From NCBI GenBank assembly GCA_963745075.1, contig CAVUWV010000019.1, positions 1-64,000 on the forward strand: 64,000 nucleotides of DNA, read 5' to 3'. The translations under genes and the position numbers were made by a program. Numbering within the stretch: position 1 is the first letter of the stretch; each line of letters begins with the position of its first letter. This document shows positions 7,649 through 17,788 of this stretch, one piece after another. The notes beneath the pieces were generated by a model. The model saw only the letters and a program-made list of their open reading frames with translations, searched no databases and was not told where the DNA came from. The stretch comes from Candidatus Hydrogenedentota bacterium (GTDB lineage: Bacteria > Hydrogenedentota > Hydrogenedentia > Hydrogenedentales > SLHB01).

Positions 7649-9940
7649 ATGGCCCAACAGACGGTATCCGGCAGTTCGCGCGAATGGAGGGAAGGCGACG
7701 TCCTTCTCGGTATCTATGAGGTTCGGCGTCTCATTGCCAAGGGCGGAATGGGCTACGTTTATCTGGTCCATCACCGCGGCTGGGACATGGAATTGGCGGT
7801 CAAGCGTCCCAAAGAGGAAGTGGTCGCCAGCGAAAAAGGCGCGCGCCTCTTCGAGCAGGAATGCGAAACGTGGGTGAATCTCGGTCTTCACCCCAATATC
7901 GCGAGCTGCTACTACGTCCGTCGCATTGAGGGCATCCCCCACGTGTTCGCTGAATTTGTCAACGGCGGCACGCTGTCGTCTTGGATTCACAATCGGATTC
8001 TGTACCGCGGCGATGTGGCGTTAAAGCGGATCTTCGACGTGGCGCTTCAGTTTGCCTGGGGGCTACGCTATGCCCACGCACAGAATCTCTTGCACCAGGA
8101 CGTCAAACCGCTCAACGTCTTGATGACCAAAGACGGTCTCGCCAAGGTGACCGACTTCGGCCTGTCCCGCGCCATGACGTTGGCGTCTGCGGAGGCCGGC
8201 GTGCGCGCGCATCGCGGGATCGGATCACGCGGGACCCCCGTCTATTGCTCGCCGGAACAGGCCCATCGCCGCAACCTCACGTTCGCCACCGACATCTGGA
8301 GTTGGGCCGTGTCCGTTCTCGAAATGTTCGTCGGCGATGTGACTTGGATGGCGGGGCAGTCCGCGGGCCAGGCCTTGGAACAGTACCAGGTGCTGGGTCC
8401 CGAGTTTGACGATATCCCGGAGATGCCCCCGGGGTTGATTGACCTGCTTCGCCGCTGTTTCAAGGAGGACCCGGCGGACCGGCCATCGAGCATGCACGAG
8501 GTCATCGACGCGTTGATGGCGGTCTATCAGCACGAACTTCGGGAACCCTATTTTCGGGAGCCGCCGGAAGCGGAAGAGACCTCGGCGGATCGCCTGAACA
8601 ACCGGGCCGTTTCGCTGGTCGACCTGGGGAAGAAACAGGAGGCCCGCGAGACCTGGGAGCGGGCGCTACGCATCGAGCCCGGACACATCGAGACCACCTA
8701 CAACTACATGGTCCAGTCCTGGCGCGACGGATCGGCCACGGACAAGACGGTGGTCCGGGCCGTGAAAAAGTTGTGGCGGAAAAATCCGAAGTCGTGGACG
8801 CCGGTGTACATGCTGGCCCAGGTGCAAATGGAACGGGGCGACTACGCCCTCGCGCAGGAACTGCTCAAGCGCTTGACGGCCCGGCGTATCGAAGGGCACG
8901 AAGTGCGCACCGCGGTGGATGAGGCGGAGTTGCGCGCACTGGAGTCCCGGCGGCTGATCAGAACCTTCGGATCGCACGAGGGCGCGATCACGGCGGTTTG
9001 CCTGAGCTGGGACGGGCAACTGGCGCTCTCCGCCGATGCGCCGAAAGGCGGGGGCGGTCCCTTGTCCGTTTGGAATGTTGAGACAGGGGAACGAGTCCAC
9101 CGGCTCGAAGGCCACCGTGCTGCGATATCCTCGGTTGCGCTGGCAGCGGACGGCGCCCGCGCCGCGACGGGGTCGCTGGATCGCAGTGCGCGCGTGTGGA
9201 ATCTCGTGACGGGGGAATGTGAGCACACGTTCAAAGTTCACACCAATGCCATAACCGCCGTGCGATTCACGGATGAAGGTCGCGGAATACTGACTGGAAG
9301 CGCCGACGGGACCATCTGCTGGTGGGATCTCGTAGACGGGAAGCTGCGAACGACCTTTGCGGGCCATGCGGGATCGGTGACGGCGATTTGCCCGGGCGTT
9401 CCGGGGCAGTCGTTCTTTTCCGCCAGTCAGGACCGGACCCTGCGCCAGTGGGAACTGAATACGGGCCGTTGTCTGAATGTGGAAAGTGACTATACCGAAA
9501 CGCTGTTGAGTCTCGCCGTCAGCGACAACCGGCGCTACGTGCTGGGCGGAACGGCGGACGGATGCATCGAGTTGTACGACGTGAGCGCATCGAAGAAGAT
9601 GGGACGCCGCAAAGCGCACAGCGAGCCGATCACGTCGATCGCGTTGGGCAAACGCGGCGAATTCGCTTTGACCGCCGTGCAGGGTGGAAAGCTCCGCATG
9701 TGGCAAATGGCTGCGAATCGTTGCTTACACACCTTTCCCGGCATGGCGCCCATCGCCCTGCGCGGCGACGGCGACGTGTGCCTGTCCGCCGGGCCGGAGG
9801 GCGTGTTGCACTTGTGGCACGTGGGGTTCCGGAGCGCGGTGATCTTTGCGCCGATGCTCCTGTGCCAATCCTACGAGGCCGATGACGACGGTGGCGATTC
9901 GACCCCGGGAGACGAACCGGGTCCGCCGGATGCGGATTAG
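7649..9940 (+). CDS. Hanks-type Ser/Thr protein kinase with TPR and WD40 repeats
   Basis: KGGMGYVY, LAVK, HQDVKPLN, VTDFG, YCSPEQ, DIWSW; TPR helix NNRAVSLVDLGK..A; WD40 units GHRAAISSVA..ATGSLDRSARVWN, TGSADGTICWWD. Confidence 0.9.
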   Translation: MAQQTVSGSSREWREGDVLLGIYEVRRLIAKGGMGYVYLVHHRGWDMELAVKRPKEEVVASEKGARLFEQECETWVNLGLHPNIASCYYVRRIEGIPHVFAEFVNGGTLSSWIHNRILYRGDVALKRIFDVALQFAWGLRYAHAQNLLHQDVKPLNVLMTKDGLAKVTDFGLSRAMTLASAEAGVRAHRGIGSRGTPVYCSPEQAHRRNLTFATDIWSWAVSVLEMFVGDVTWMAGQSAGQALEQYQVLGPEFDDIPEMPPGLIDLLRRCFKEDPADRPSSMHEVIDALMAVYQHELREPYFREPPEAEETSADRLNNRAVSLVDLGKKQEARETWERALRIEPGHIETTYNYMVQSWRDGSATDKTVVRAVKKLWRKNPKSWTPVYMLAQVQMERGDYALAQELLKRLTARRIEGHEVRTAVDEAELRALESRRLIRTFGSHEGAITAVCLSWDGQLALSADAPKGGGGPLSVWNVETGERVHRLEGHRAAISSVALAADGARAATGSLDRSARVWNLVTGECEHTFKVHTNAITAVRFTDEGRGILTGSADGTICWWDLVDGKLRTTFAGHAGSVTAICPGVPGQSFFSASQDRTLRQWELNTGRCLNVESDYTETLLSLAVSDNRRYVLGGTADGCIELYDVSASKKMGRRKAHSEPITSIALGKRGEFALTAVQGGKLRMWQMAANRCLHTFPGMAPIALRGDGDVCLSAGPEGVLHLWHVGFRSAVIFAPMLLCQSYEADDDGGDSTPGDEPGPPDAD

Positions 9941-11293
9941 TCAGAATGCTGTCCGCGACATTTTCGCCGGTTCGCTCTTGTGATCTGCACGATGTGCTTC
10001 CCTTTCCATCCCGTTCCGCTCTTTATCGCTGACCGGGAGACGACGAAGATCGGTTCCGTCAATACGCACGGTCCACAGTTCGTAGTGGTCGCGTTCCGCG
10101 CTGAGGCGTTTCTTGACCCGGAAGACAAGCCGGGTCCCGTCCGGAGAAAAGACAGGTTCATCGATGCGGCACTGCATCGTGACGATGGTACTGGTCTGGT
10201 CGGATTCCGTCCGGGCGACGTGCAGACGAGACTCGCAGCCCTCATCATCAAAACGGACGCACTTGGCAAAGGCCACGCGGCTCCCATCTCGCGAGAACTG
10301 GCAAACGGCGCATTGCCCCAATTCCTCGATCCATTTTCCAACCGGCGTCTCGCGTACCCCGCTGGCGCGTAACTTGCCTACCGCGTCGCGATCGCACAAA
10401 ACCAAGTTCCCGGCGTAGCTCGTGATAACCGGCTGATCCGCAGTCGCCCGAACGGCCCAATGTTGGTTGCCATCATGCTCCCCGGCGATCCTTGTGAGAC
10501 CGTCACCGCTGCGTGAAACGGAATACAAACTACGACGATCCCAGGAGGAATCGTAATCTGGTCCCCATTTGGGCGCTTGTTTCAAGCGGGCGAACAGGAT
10601 AGCGTCGCCATCGGGCAGAAACGCGGGCCCTACGTCGTAGCCGTCTTTACCCGACGTGACGTTCTGGACGGTCCCACCACCGGGGGAGACCAGCGCGACG
10701 TGCGCCATCGTCTTGTCGTCGCGGCGTGTAAACGCAATCGCGTCGCCGGTCGGTGAGAACTGAGGCGCCCAGTCCTCGTAGTCGCCTTCCGTTACCGGGG
10801 TGAGTTTGCCGGTGCCGAAGGCTAGGTTGAACAAGTTGCATTGCGTCTTTCCGGTGCGCGACGCGAACACGATGGACTGGCCGTCGGGTGCGTAGACAGG
10901 GTCAAAATCGAAGCGGTCGCCATCGGTGAGTTGTTTGCTCAGCGACCCGTCCAGCGGCACCCGATACAGGTTCATTCTTTTCCGTTGCTGATACGCGACG
11001 ACAATTTCATCTCCCCCCGGGGCAAAGGCTACAGCCTTCGTCCCCGTATCTCCGGGCAAGCCTTCCACTGCGTAATACAGTGGAAGGAATGGAATCGAAG
11101 CGATATAAAACGGCGCCATCAGCAAGATTCCGGTCCAGATAAACGCGGCGATCGGTAAATAGCAGATGGTTTCGCAGCCGGTGAACAGGGCGATCAGGAA
11201 GCCCGCAATCGCCACGCGGCTGCGACGGAAGCGAGGGCTATTATGTTTGGATATATATTGTTGATATATTAACTGTTGGAATCGCATTCGCAT
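9941..11293 (-). CDS. TolB-like PD40 beta-propeller, probable lipoprotein/membrane-anchored
   Basis: Repeated P.(F/Y)(S/A)PDG..I.F units (PVYAPDG, PQFSPTG, PVFSPDG); lipobox-like LFTGC; RBS AGGAGG before ATG. Confidence 0.8.
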   Translation of the reverse strand: MRMRFQQLIYQQYISKHNSPRFRRSRVAIAGFLIALFTGCETICYLPIAAFIWTGILLMAPFYIASIPFLPLYYAVEGLPGDTGTKAVAFAPGGDEIVVAYQQRKRMNLYRVPLDGSLSKQLTDGDRFDFDPVYAPDGQSIVFASRTGKTQCNLFNLAFGTGKLTPVTEGDYEDWAPQFSPTGDAIAFTRRDDKTMAHVALVSPGGGTVQNVTSGKDGYDVGPAFLPDGDAILFARLKQAPKWGPDYDSSWDRRSLYSVSRSGDGLTRIAGEHDGNQHWAVRATADQPVITSYAGNLVLCDRDAVGKLRASGVRETPVGKWIEELGQCAVCQFSRDGSRVAFAKCVRFDDEGCESRLHVARTESDQTSTIVTMQCRIDEPVFSPDGTRLVFRVKKRLSAERDHYELWTVRIDGTDLRRLPVSDKERNGMEREAHRADHKSEPAKMSRTAF

Positions 11294-11318
11294 GGTCCGG
11301 TCCTCCTGTCGGTTGGGG

Positions 11319-11804
11319 TTATTTCGTATCGAGCGTGTCGAGCCGCCCACGCAGGCGGGTTAACAGGTCTACCAGCGTTTCCCGCTCGCGCCGGGTCAGG
11401 GCGCCCATAACATCACCCACCTGCTCCATGTACAGTGTGGCGACCTGGGCGTGTCGGGCGATGCCGGCGCGGGTCAATTTCACGATGTTGTAGCGCCGGT
11501 CGTCGGGATCGGCGACGCGGACGACGAGGCCGGCCTTCTCCATGCGGTCGATGAGAGTCGTGATGTTGGCGCGATTGACGAGCATCATCTCGCTCAACTC
11601 GATCTGGGTCAGCCCGCCCCGTTCCCCGCTCTGGTTCTTCAGCAGGATCATAACGTTGAACTGCACGTCCGTGATGCCGTGTTTTCGGAAGAACTCGTCC
11701 GCGCGTTTCTTGGCCTTCGACGCCGTGAAGTAAATGTTTAATAGGGCCTCGTGATCGCGGTTCTTGAAGTCCGTGCGAAGCCCAAGTTCGTTTTTGAGGG
11801 TCAT
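11319..11804 (-). CDS. MarR-family transcriptional regulator
   Basis: GITDVQFNVM, LTQIELSEMMLVNRANITTLIDRMEKAGLV.R..DPDDRR..VKLT..G. Confidence 0.92.
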   Translation of the reverse strand: MTLKNELGLRTDFKNRDHEALLNIYFTASKAKKRADEFFRKHGITDVQFNVMILLKNQSGERGGLTQIELSEMMLVNRANITTLIDRMEKAGLVVRVADPDDRRYNIVKLTRAGIARHAQVATLYMEQVGDVMGALTRRERETLVDLLTRLRGRLDTLDTK

Positions 11805-11820
11805 TGGTCAACACCTTTAC

Positions 11821-11862
11821 TGTATACATATAAACAATAAACCAAACGCCGCGGACTGTCAA
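11821..11862 (-). promoter_or_regulatory. marR promoter with overlapping imperfect palindrome (probable autoregulatory operator)
   Basis: Minus strand TTGACA (11862-11857), 17 bp, TATTGT (11839-11834); imperfect palindrome TGTATACATATAAACA at 11821-11836. Confidence 0.65.
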
Positions 11863-12037
11863 GGGGGTTTCGCCGGGCCAGGTTCCTGCACCCCCATTTG
11901 CAGGCTATTCGAAAGGCTCATCTCTCAAAAGTGGGGACCCGTATACTGCGGCGCAGCCTCCGGAAACCTCCTCAATTCCTAATTCGTCATTCCCAACTGC
12001 AACGTCCCGGTCCATATCTATAAGGAGAGTTCCGCCC

Positions 12038-12364
12038 ATGCCAACCCCCCTACCGGCAATCGTGCCCTCGCAACGACGCCAAGACCCGCCCCGAACTCCG
12101 CACATCATCCTCGCGAACGCGGGCACCGCTATCAACACCCCCCCCTTGAATCGTCAAAAATCAAAAGGAGGTACACCCCCAATTCCTCCAGTCCAAGGAC
12201 TCCAGCCTCTGGCCGAATTACCGCGCAACCCAATACCGCATTTGTATTTACGAGGAGAACGCAGGAAAATCCCCAGACCGCCCGTCACCCTCGCGAACGC
12301 GCGGACCGAAATCAGCAGTCGGTGCACCCCCCCTTGTTCCGTCAAAAAACAAAAGGGGGGGTGA
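12038..12364 (+). CDS. Possible small Pro/Lys-rich protein with an internal duplication
   Basis: AAGGAGAG upstream of ATG; LANA..TPP...KSKGG and LANA..TPP...KQKGG repeats; no recognisable family. Confidence 0.35.
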   Translation: MPTPLPAIVPSQRRQDPPRTPHIILANAGTAINTPPLNRQKSKGGTPPIPPVQGLQPLAELPRNPIPHLYLRGERRKIPRPPVTLANARTEISSRCTPPCSVKKQKGG

Positions 12365-12640
12365 CACCAGGCGCCCGGACCCCGCGTTACGCCTTCGGCT
12401 CCATCACGCCCGCGGCGTGACTAGATTCCGTTGCCCCTTCGCGGCAGAAACATCGAATTGGAGCGACCTTGAGAGCAAGATGACGGACTGAGTCGGTGTT
12501 TTGGTCTTTCCTCGATTTGAACATTGCGATTTGTTCCGGATTTCGTGCTTTGGATTTTGGATTTGATTACGTTACGTCGCGCCGAGGTGGGTTGTGTTAC
12601 CCTGATCCTCGTGGGCACCAACCGCGAAAGGAGGAATCTC

Positions 12641-12835
12641 ATGGCCAGTGCAAAAGACAAAGGCACCACCATCGCCGGCGTCACCGTTTTCCTGGGCCTT
12701 GCCACCGGCGTAACGGCTTTCCTCGTCGGACTCCTGGCCATCTTTCACAGCCTGAACTTCGGAGGAGCGGGGGCCTGTTTCATCGCCGCCGCCTTGAGCT
12801 TCGGACTGACGGCGAACGCCATGCTGCGGGGGTGA
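12641..12835 (+). CDS. Small two-TM membrane protein (64 aa)
   Basis: Strong RBS AAAGGAGG, two hydrophobic helices, GC-rich third codon positions. Confidence 0.75.
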   Translation: MASAKDKGTTIAGVTVFLGLATGVTAFLVGLLAIFHSLNFGGAGACFIAAALSFGLTANAMLRG

Positions 12836-12845
12836 GCGGAAGTGG

Positions 12846-12891
12846 GATTGATCGGACGGATCCGACGGATCGGTCCGATCGGTCGGATCCG
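12846..12891. repeat. Nonamer-periodic palindrome GATCGGACG/GATCCGACG family, copy 1
   Basis: GATCGGACGGATCCGACGGATCGGTCCGATCGGTCGGATCCG; siblings at 25509-25548 and 53386-53427. Confidence 0.75.
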
Positions 12892-12948
12892 TTTCAACGC
12901 ATGGCCCCGCCACATTAACCGGAGGTCGCTTGGGGCGCTTCCATTTTC

Positions 12949-15291
12949 TCACTCCCCCTCATACCGCGCCTTGGCGGTTTCCTCGTCGATGAATCCGTAC
13001 CACATGCCGCGCCAGAAGGCGTCGGGGAAGGCGGCGCCGCCGAGTTCGCGGCGGGTGTTCTTCTCGAATTGCAGCACGAGGTGCGCGGACTCCCAGGTGT
13101 CGCCGTGGTCTTTGGACAGGTAGAGACCGGCGGGGGTGCCGGTAAACAGCCAGTCGGTGTTGCGCGGGGCGAAGACGGTGCGTGCGACGGGGATGTCGAG
13201 GCCTTGGGCGTGATCCTGCCAGGTCGTCCCGCCGTCGCTGCTGATCAGCACACCGCGGTCGCTTCCGACGACGAGGACGCCATTCACGAAACGCGGTTCC
13301 GTGATCTCGCCGCGGACGAAGAGACTCATGATGCCGAGCATCCCGCCTTCCGCATACTTCGCGTAGAGCGTTTCCATATCGTTTGACCACGTCTCGCCGG
13401 CGTCGGTGGATTGTTGCAGCAGCGAGTTCACGCCCATACTGCCGAATTCGGATCGCATACCGACGATGATGTGATCGGGATTGGCCGGGTCGGCGACGAG
13501 CCAGGGATAATTGCGCGTATATTCGGGGAACCCAAACCGCGATGTGCGGGTCCAATCGGATTCGTCAATCCGTTTGGTAAAGAGCGCGTCGCCGATGCGC
13601 GCATAGATGCGATCGCGCCGTTCGGTTGTATCGGGATGGGCTTCGTCCAGTGCCAGCGTGAACTGAACGTTGCCCGCTTGCGGCAGGCCTTCCGTCAGGT
13701 TTTCCCAGGTCTTACCCAGGAACTCTTCGCCGAAGTCGACGCTGCGGTATACGCCGCGCTCGGTCATCGCGTACAACACGCTCGTGTCGTTGGGATCGGT
13801 TTGAATATCAACCGGCGCGCCGCCGTCGTTAGGCACGGGCAGCCGCTCCCATTGCGTGCCGCCCGTGATGGTGAGATAGAATCCGTCCCGCGCTGCGACA
13901 TAGAGAATGCGCGAGCGGCGTCCCACGGCGACGGCCTTCGCCGGACTCGGCAGTTCGCCGTCGATGGGCCGCCAGTTCGCTGCTGTGGCCGCGGCGTCGC
14001 GCGATTGATAGAGCGATCCGTCCTGATCCACAGCGCACATGACCACCGGGTCTTCGGACGACACCGCCACGTCCTGCACGATGCGGCTAAGCCATCCGTC
14101 CGGCCGGAGCAGGTTACCTTTCCAGAGGTACTCGTTATCCCACGAGGCGGCGTAGACGGGGTAGGGCGGTTTCGCGTCCTTCTTGATGCTGTTCATGCGA
14201 GGTTGCACGGTCATGTCGGTGGGAAAGGTTTGCAGCGAATGGAGCGCTTCCTGCAAGGCCTTCTCCTTGCCGGGCGCGTCCGGCGCGACGCCGAAGTAGA
14301 TATACGTGAACAGGCTTTGCGCGTCGTTCACATGGTTCGCCCAGATGGCATCCGCCACGACGCGGTAAGCGGCGAGTAACTCGGGGTCGTCCTCGATGCG
14401 GAACAGATTTTCGAGGTGGCAGATCACGTGTTCGGCGTCATCGAAATTCTTCTCGGTTTTGAAGGGCTTCAGCCCGCGCAAACCGTACCGATCCACGAGT
14501 TGGTCGTAGACCGCCTTGAACTTGGGTTTTTCCGTAGCGTGGTAGGCGACCTTCGCGCCCGCGATGGCCATCATGATCCGCATGTTCAGCGTCTTGCCGT
14601 CCGTCAGGCCCAGGATGGGCACGGGCCGCCCGTCGTAGTTGTGAATGATGAGATCGTTGTCGACCCAGTAGCTCACCAGCGCGTCAATGGAATCGCGGCA
14701 GCGGTCCTTCTGCTCGCCTTCGGCGGCGAGGTCGTAATATTGGCCGAGCGCGTGGATGGCGTCGCTGTAGTTGTGGTGACTGGGGTCCGCGAGCCAGCGG
14801 AGATCCTGGCCGTCCACCGTGCCCTGATGCCATTCGTCGCGTTTGCTGCCCGCATGGCGTTCCTCGTAAGTCTCGCCGTGCCCGAGGAAATAGCCGCGGG
14901 CCTGCAATCCGCGCACGCCGGTCACGCGCTGGCACCGGTACACCGCCTCGAACAACTCGTCCGCCCGCTGTTTGGCCGCGGCCACTTGGTCCGCCGGCGC
15001 GCCGACCTTCTTCAAGTACGCGTACCGGTACGACGCACCGGCGAGATGGTTCGAGGTCCAGCAGACCGCGTGGGCCACGTCCGCGAAGGGATTGGTCGTA
15101 GTGAGGTCGAAGGCCTGCCCCTCGGGTGGGATCTGCACGAGGGACGGATAGAGTCCGAGGATATTGTGCTTCGCGACGATGCCTTCTTCGATGATGCGAT
15201 CTTTTTCGAGGAGTGGCAGACGCCACGTTTCGTCGGCGTGGACGGCGGGGATGAGGATTGCACACAGGATGGTCAAGACTCGGACTCGCAT
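12949..15291 (-). CDS. Secreted protein: helical N-terminal domain plus BNR/Asp-box beta-propeller (possible glycoside hydrolase)
   Basis: Signal peptide MRVRVLTILCAILIPAVHA, RBS AAAGGAG; Asp-boxes STDAGETW, SSDGGTTW, SKDHGDTW. Confidence 0.7.
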   Translation of the reverse strand: MRVRVLTILCAILIPAVHADETWRLPLLEKDRIIEEGIVAKHNILGLYPSLVQIPPEGQAFDLTTTNPFADVAHAVCWTSNHLAGASYRYAYLKKVGAPADQVAAAKQRADELFEAVYRCQRVTGVRGLQARGYFLGHGETYEERHAGSKRDEWHQGTVDGQDLRWLADPSHHNYSDAIHALGQYYDLAAEGEQKDRCRDSIDALVSYWVDNDLIIHNYDGRPVPILGLTDGKTLNMRIMMAIAGAKVAYHATEKPKFKAVYDQLVDRYGLRGLKPFKTEKNFDDAEHVICHLENLFRIEDDPELLAAYRVVADAIWANHVNDAQSLFTYIYFGVAPDAPGKEKALQEALHSLQTFPTDMTVQPRMNSIKKDAKPPYPVYAASWDNEYLWKGNLLRPDGWLSRIVQDVAVSSEDPVVMCAVDQDGSLYQSRDAAATAANWRPIDGELPSPAKAVAVGRRSRILYVAARDGFYLTITGGTQWERLPVPNDGGAPVDIQTDPNDTSVLYAMTERGVYRSVDFGEEFLGKTWENLTEGLPQAGNVQFTLALDEAHPDTTERRDRIYARIGDALFTKRIDESDWTRTSRFGFPEYTRNYPWLVADPANPDHIIVGMRSEFGSMGVNSLLQQSTDAGETWSNDMETLYAKYAEGGMLGIMSLFVRGEITEPRFVNGVLVVGSDRGVLISSDGGTTWQDHAQGLDIPVARTVFAPRNTDWLFTGTPAGLYLSKDHGDTWESAHLVLQFEKNTRRELGGAAFPDAFWRGMWYGFIDEETAKARYEGE

Positions 15292-15419
15292 GACGGGTAC
15301 TCCTTTCGTAACAGTCTCCGCCATGGTACGCCTGCGGGACGCGTCGGGCAATGAAGAACCGGACGGACCGGTTCGCTCGGCTGGAACCAGCGACTACACG
15401 GACGAGACGCCCGTGCCCC

Positions 15420-15935
15420 TTAGCCGTGGATCTCGGCGTATTGCCGGCGGGCGCGGGCGACGGCTTCGGCGAGGGGTTCGGGGTCCTGCGAACCGATGAC
15501 GAGGGGACGGTGGCCGGTGGTGAGCAGCACGCCGCGATTGCCGCGGGCGTTGAAAAAGGACGTTGGGGTCCCTTCGAACATGCCCAGCCGGACGCCCCAA
15601 CCGCCGGCATCGCGCAGCGGCCGGTAGGTGACGACACGTTCTTCGATAATCGTATCGAGGCCGACCCGGCGCCACAGCATGGGGAACAGCACACCGAGGG
15701 ACAAATACACGTCATTGGAGCGAACGCGCACCCGGAGGCGCATCAGATTGGTGGCCAACAGCAGGCTTACCATAATGAGCACGATAACGCCGAGGGGAAT
15801 CGGTTCGCTGCCGGGGCTGGGCGGTTCTTTGCCGAGGCCCACCAACACGGGGAGCAAACCGAAGATCAGGAGGAACATCAGGACGTAGACCCAAAGTGCG
15901 AAGCGCTGGTTTTCTTCGTAGAGGACTTCGTTCAT
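15420..15935 (-). CDS. Membrane protein with two TM helices and a bacterial PH-like soluble domain
   Basis: Two hydrophobic segments; AGGWGVR motif and GNRGV.L.......IGSQDPE.L typical of DUF6141/bPH-type proteins. Confidence 0.7.
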   Translation of the reverse strand: MNEVLYEENQRFALWVYVLMFLLIFGLLPVLVGLGKEPPSPGSEPIPLGVIVLIMVSLLLATNLMRLRVRVRSNDVYLSLGVLFPMLWRRVGLDTIIEERVVTYRPLRDAGGWGVRLGMFEGTPTSFFNARGNRGVLLTTGHRPLVIGSQDPEPLAEAVARARRQYAEIHG

Positions 15936-16004
15936 GGGAACCTCCGGTGCGGGGGGTGCACGGACCTACACGGACGAGCACGGACAGACCGTGCGAATCG
16001 GCCA

Positions 16005-17582
16005 CTACAGAGTCGCGTGTAATTGGTCCAGCACGGCCAAAGCCTCTTTGTGAATCACGGGGGCGATCCCCGGACCGCCGGAGTTTTCCTCGCCGTATTG
16101 GGGTTTGTCAGTGCGGCCGTAGGCGTAGGGCGGCTTCTCGTCCCATTGCGTATGCGGGATGATGTAGCCGATCTCGTCGTTGGCGAGGCCGACGATCATA
16201 TTCACCTTGCCCTGCATCTGTTGGCGCAAGGGCGGCACCTCGATCGGCGTGCCGGGGTAGTCCCCGCCTTCCGGCGACTCGATGCCGCCTTCCGCGATTT
16301 CGGGATACAGCTCGCCGGGAATCGTCAGGATCTCCAGATCGCCGATGCGAATGGCGTTCACCTCCGTCTTTGCTTTGCCCCAATACCAGCCCGGATGGAT
16401 GAGCCCGAGCATGCACGCATACCCGAACAGGCCGTCCATGGGCACGAAGATGGTCTTTGCCACGACGGCGACTTCCGGGTTTTCGACGCGGATGGCATCG
16501 TCGCTGCGCTGGGAATTCGCGACGACGATGGCCAGGTTCTCGCCCAGCGCTTCGGCCTTGCCAAAACTGGCTTCCCGGAATTCCTGGACTCCGTCCCGAT
16601 GGGGCACGGTCGTGTGCAACTGCGTCATGAGCCCGCCAACCATACCCTGGAAGTACAGGCACATGCCGCCCAGCGGTTCCACGCCATTGGGATCGCTCAC
16701 GCCCGTTTCGACCCCTTGGCGCACCCAATTCAGGAAATCCGACGTGAGTTCGGAATTGCTGCCGCCGAGGGTTTCGGCGTGATTGCCCCAGGACACCATC
16801 GTGGCGATGGTCTCATCGGTGCCATGTTTCACAAACCGGGCGCTGCATATGTCGCGATCGATGACGATGGGTTTCCGGCTATCGTCGACAAACCCTTCGG
16901 GTTCGATGACCTTATCGGCCAGGATCATATCGGCGGGTTCGAGGTTGCGCACCGATTCCTCGATGGCGTCCGTGCAGGCCTGTTGGACCTTCTTCATGTA
17001 CGGGTAGTCGAACTTGGGCCGGAAGGGCGAGTAACTCCAAATCCCCATGGTATCCGGCGCTTCGTGGTTGTGGCTCGTCGAAAACATGACGTGGTCGATG
17101 CCGAGCGACGGGTCCAGCGACTTCCGTACGGCGATAAACTTCTCGTGGAGGACACCGATACTGTCGATGGTCACCATGACCAGCGTGACGCCGTTGTTCC
17201 GCACGGCAATCGCGCGGACCCATAGCGGGTCGTGGACGCCCTTGGCGGGGCGGTTGTTGGAGAATCCCGCCATCCAGACCAAGTCCATCCGGCCGTTGCC
17301 GTTGGTATCCTCCCAGGTGTCGCCCTTGTCCTCGTTGTACTTACCATCTCCGTCGGCGTCGGTCCAGGTGTCGTACTGGGTGAGGTTGGGCGTGATATCC
17401 CGTTTGGCGACACCGACTTCCAGCACGCCGGGCGTGGCGGTGTCCCCGGCCGCGGGTTTCACCAGATCTGCGCGGTAGAACCGGTACGGACCCTTCATGC
17501 GGTAGCCGAGAATGGCCACAAGCAGCAGGGCAATCAACGCAAGGGTGGAAAGGATCTTGTGGTTGGCAATGAAACTAGGCAT
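16005..17582 (-). CDS. Neutral/alkaline ceramidase-like membrane-anchored hydrolase
   Basis: GVAKRDITP, GVHDPLWVRAI, STSHNHEAPDT, WGNHAE, IPGELYPE, GLANDEIGYI, YGEENS. Confidence 0.8.
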   Translation of the reverse strand: MPSFIANHKILSTLALIALLLVAILGYRMKGPYRFYRADLVKPAAGDTATPGVLEVGVAKRDITPNLTQYDTWTDADGDGKYNEDKGDTWEDTNGNGRMDLVWMAGFSNNRPAKGVHDPLWVRAIAVRNNGVTLVMVTIDSIGVLHEKFIAVRKSLDPSLGIDHVMFSTSHNHEAPDTMGIWSYSPFRPKFDYPYMKKVQQACTDAIEESVRNLEPADMILADKVIEPEGFVDDSRKPIVIDRDICSARFVKHGTDETIATMVSWGNHAETLGGSNSELTSDFLNWVRQGVETGVSDPNGVEPLGGMCLYFQGMVGGLMTQLHTTVPHRDGVQEFREASFGKAEALGENLAIVVANSQRSDDAIRVENPEVAVVAKTIFVPMDGLFGYACMLGLIHPGWYWGKAKTEVNAIRIGDLEILTIPGELYPEIAEGGIESPEGGDYPGTPIEVPPLRQQMQGKVNMIVGLANDEIGYIIPHTQWDEKPPYAYGRTDKPQYGEENSGGPGIAPVIHKEALAVLDQLHATL

Positions 17583-17788
17583 GGTACTGCATCTCCTATA
17601 CCCATCAGCCTACTCAAAGTGATAGGCTATATGCAAAGCCCTGTCTCCCCAAGGGGTTGCCAAAAAACATGCTTTGAACGGCCGGTGGAAATACGGTATA
17701 GTGAATACGAAGCGCGATACAGCGTCTGGTTGTATGAGGTACAGAAATGACGCCCACGAGACGGGAGGGCGTTAGAGGTAGCATTGCC

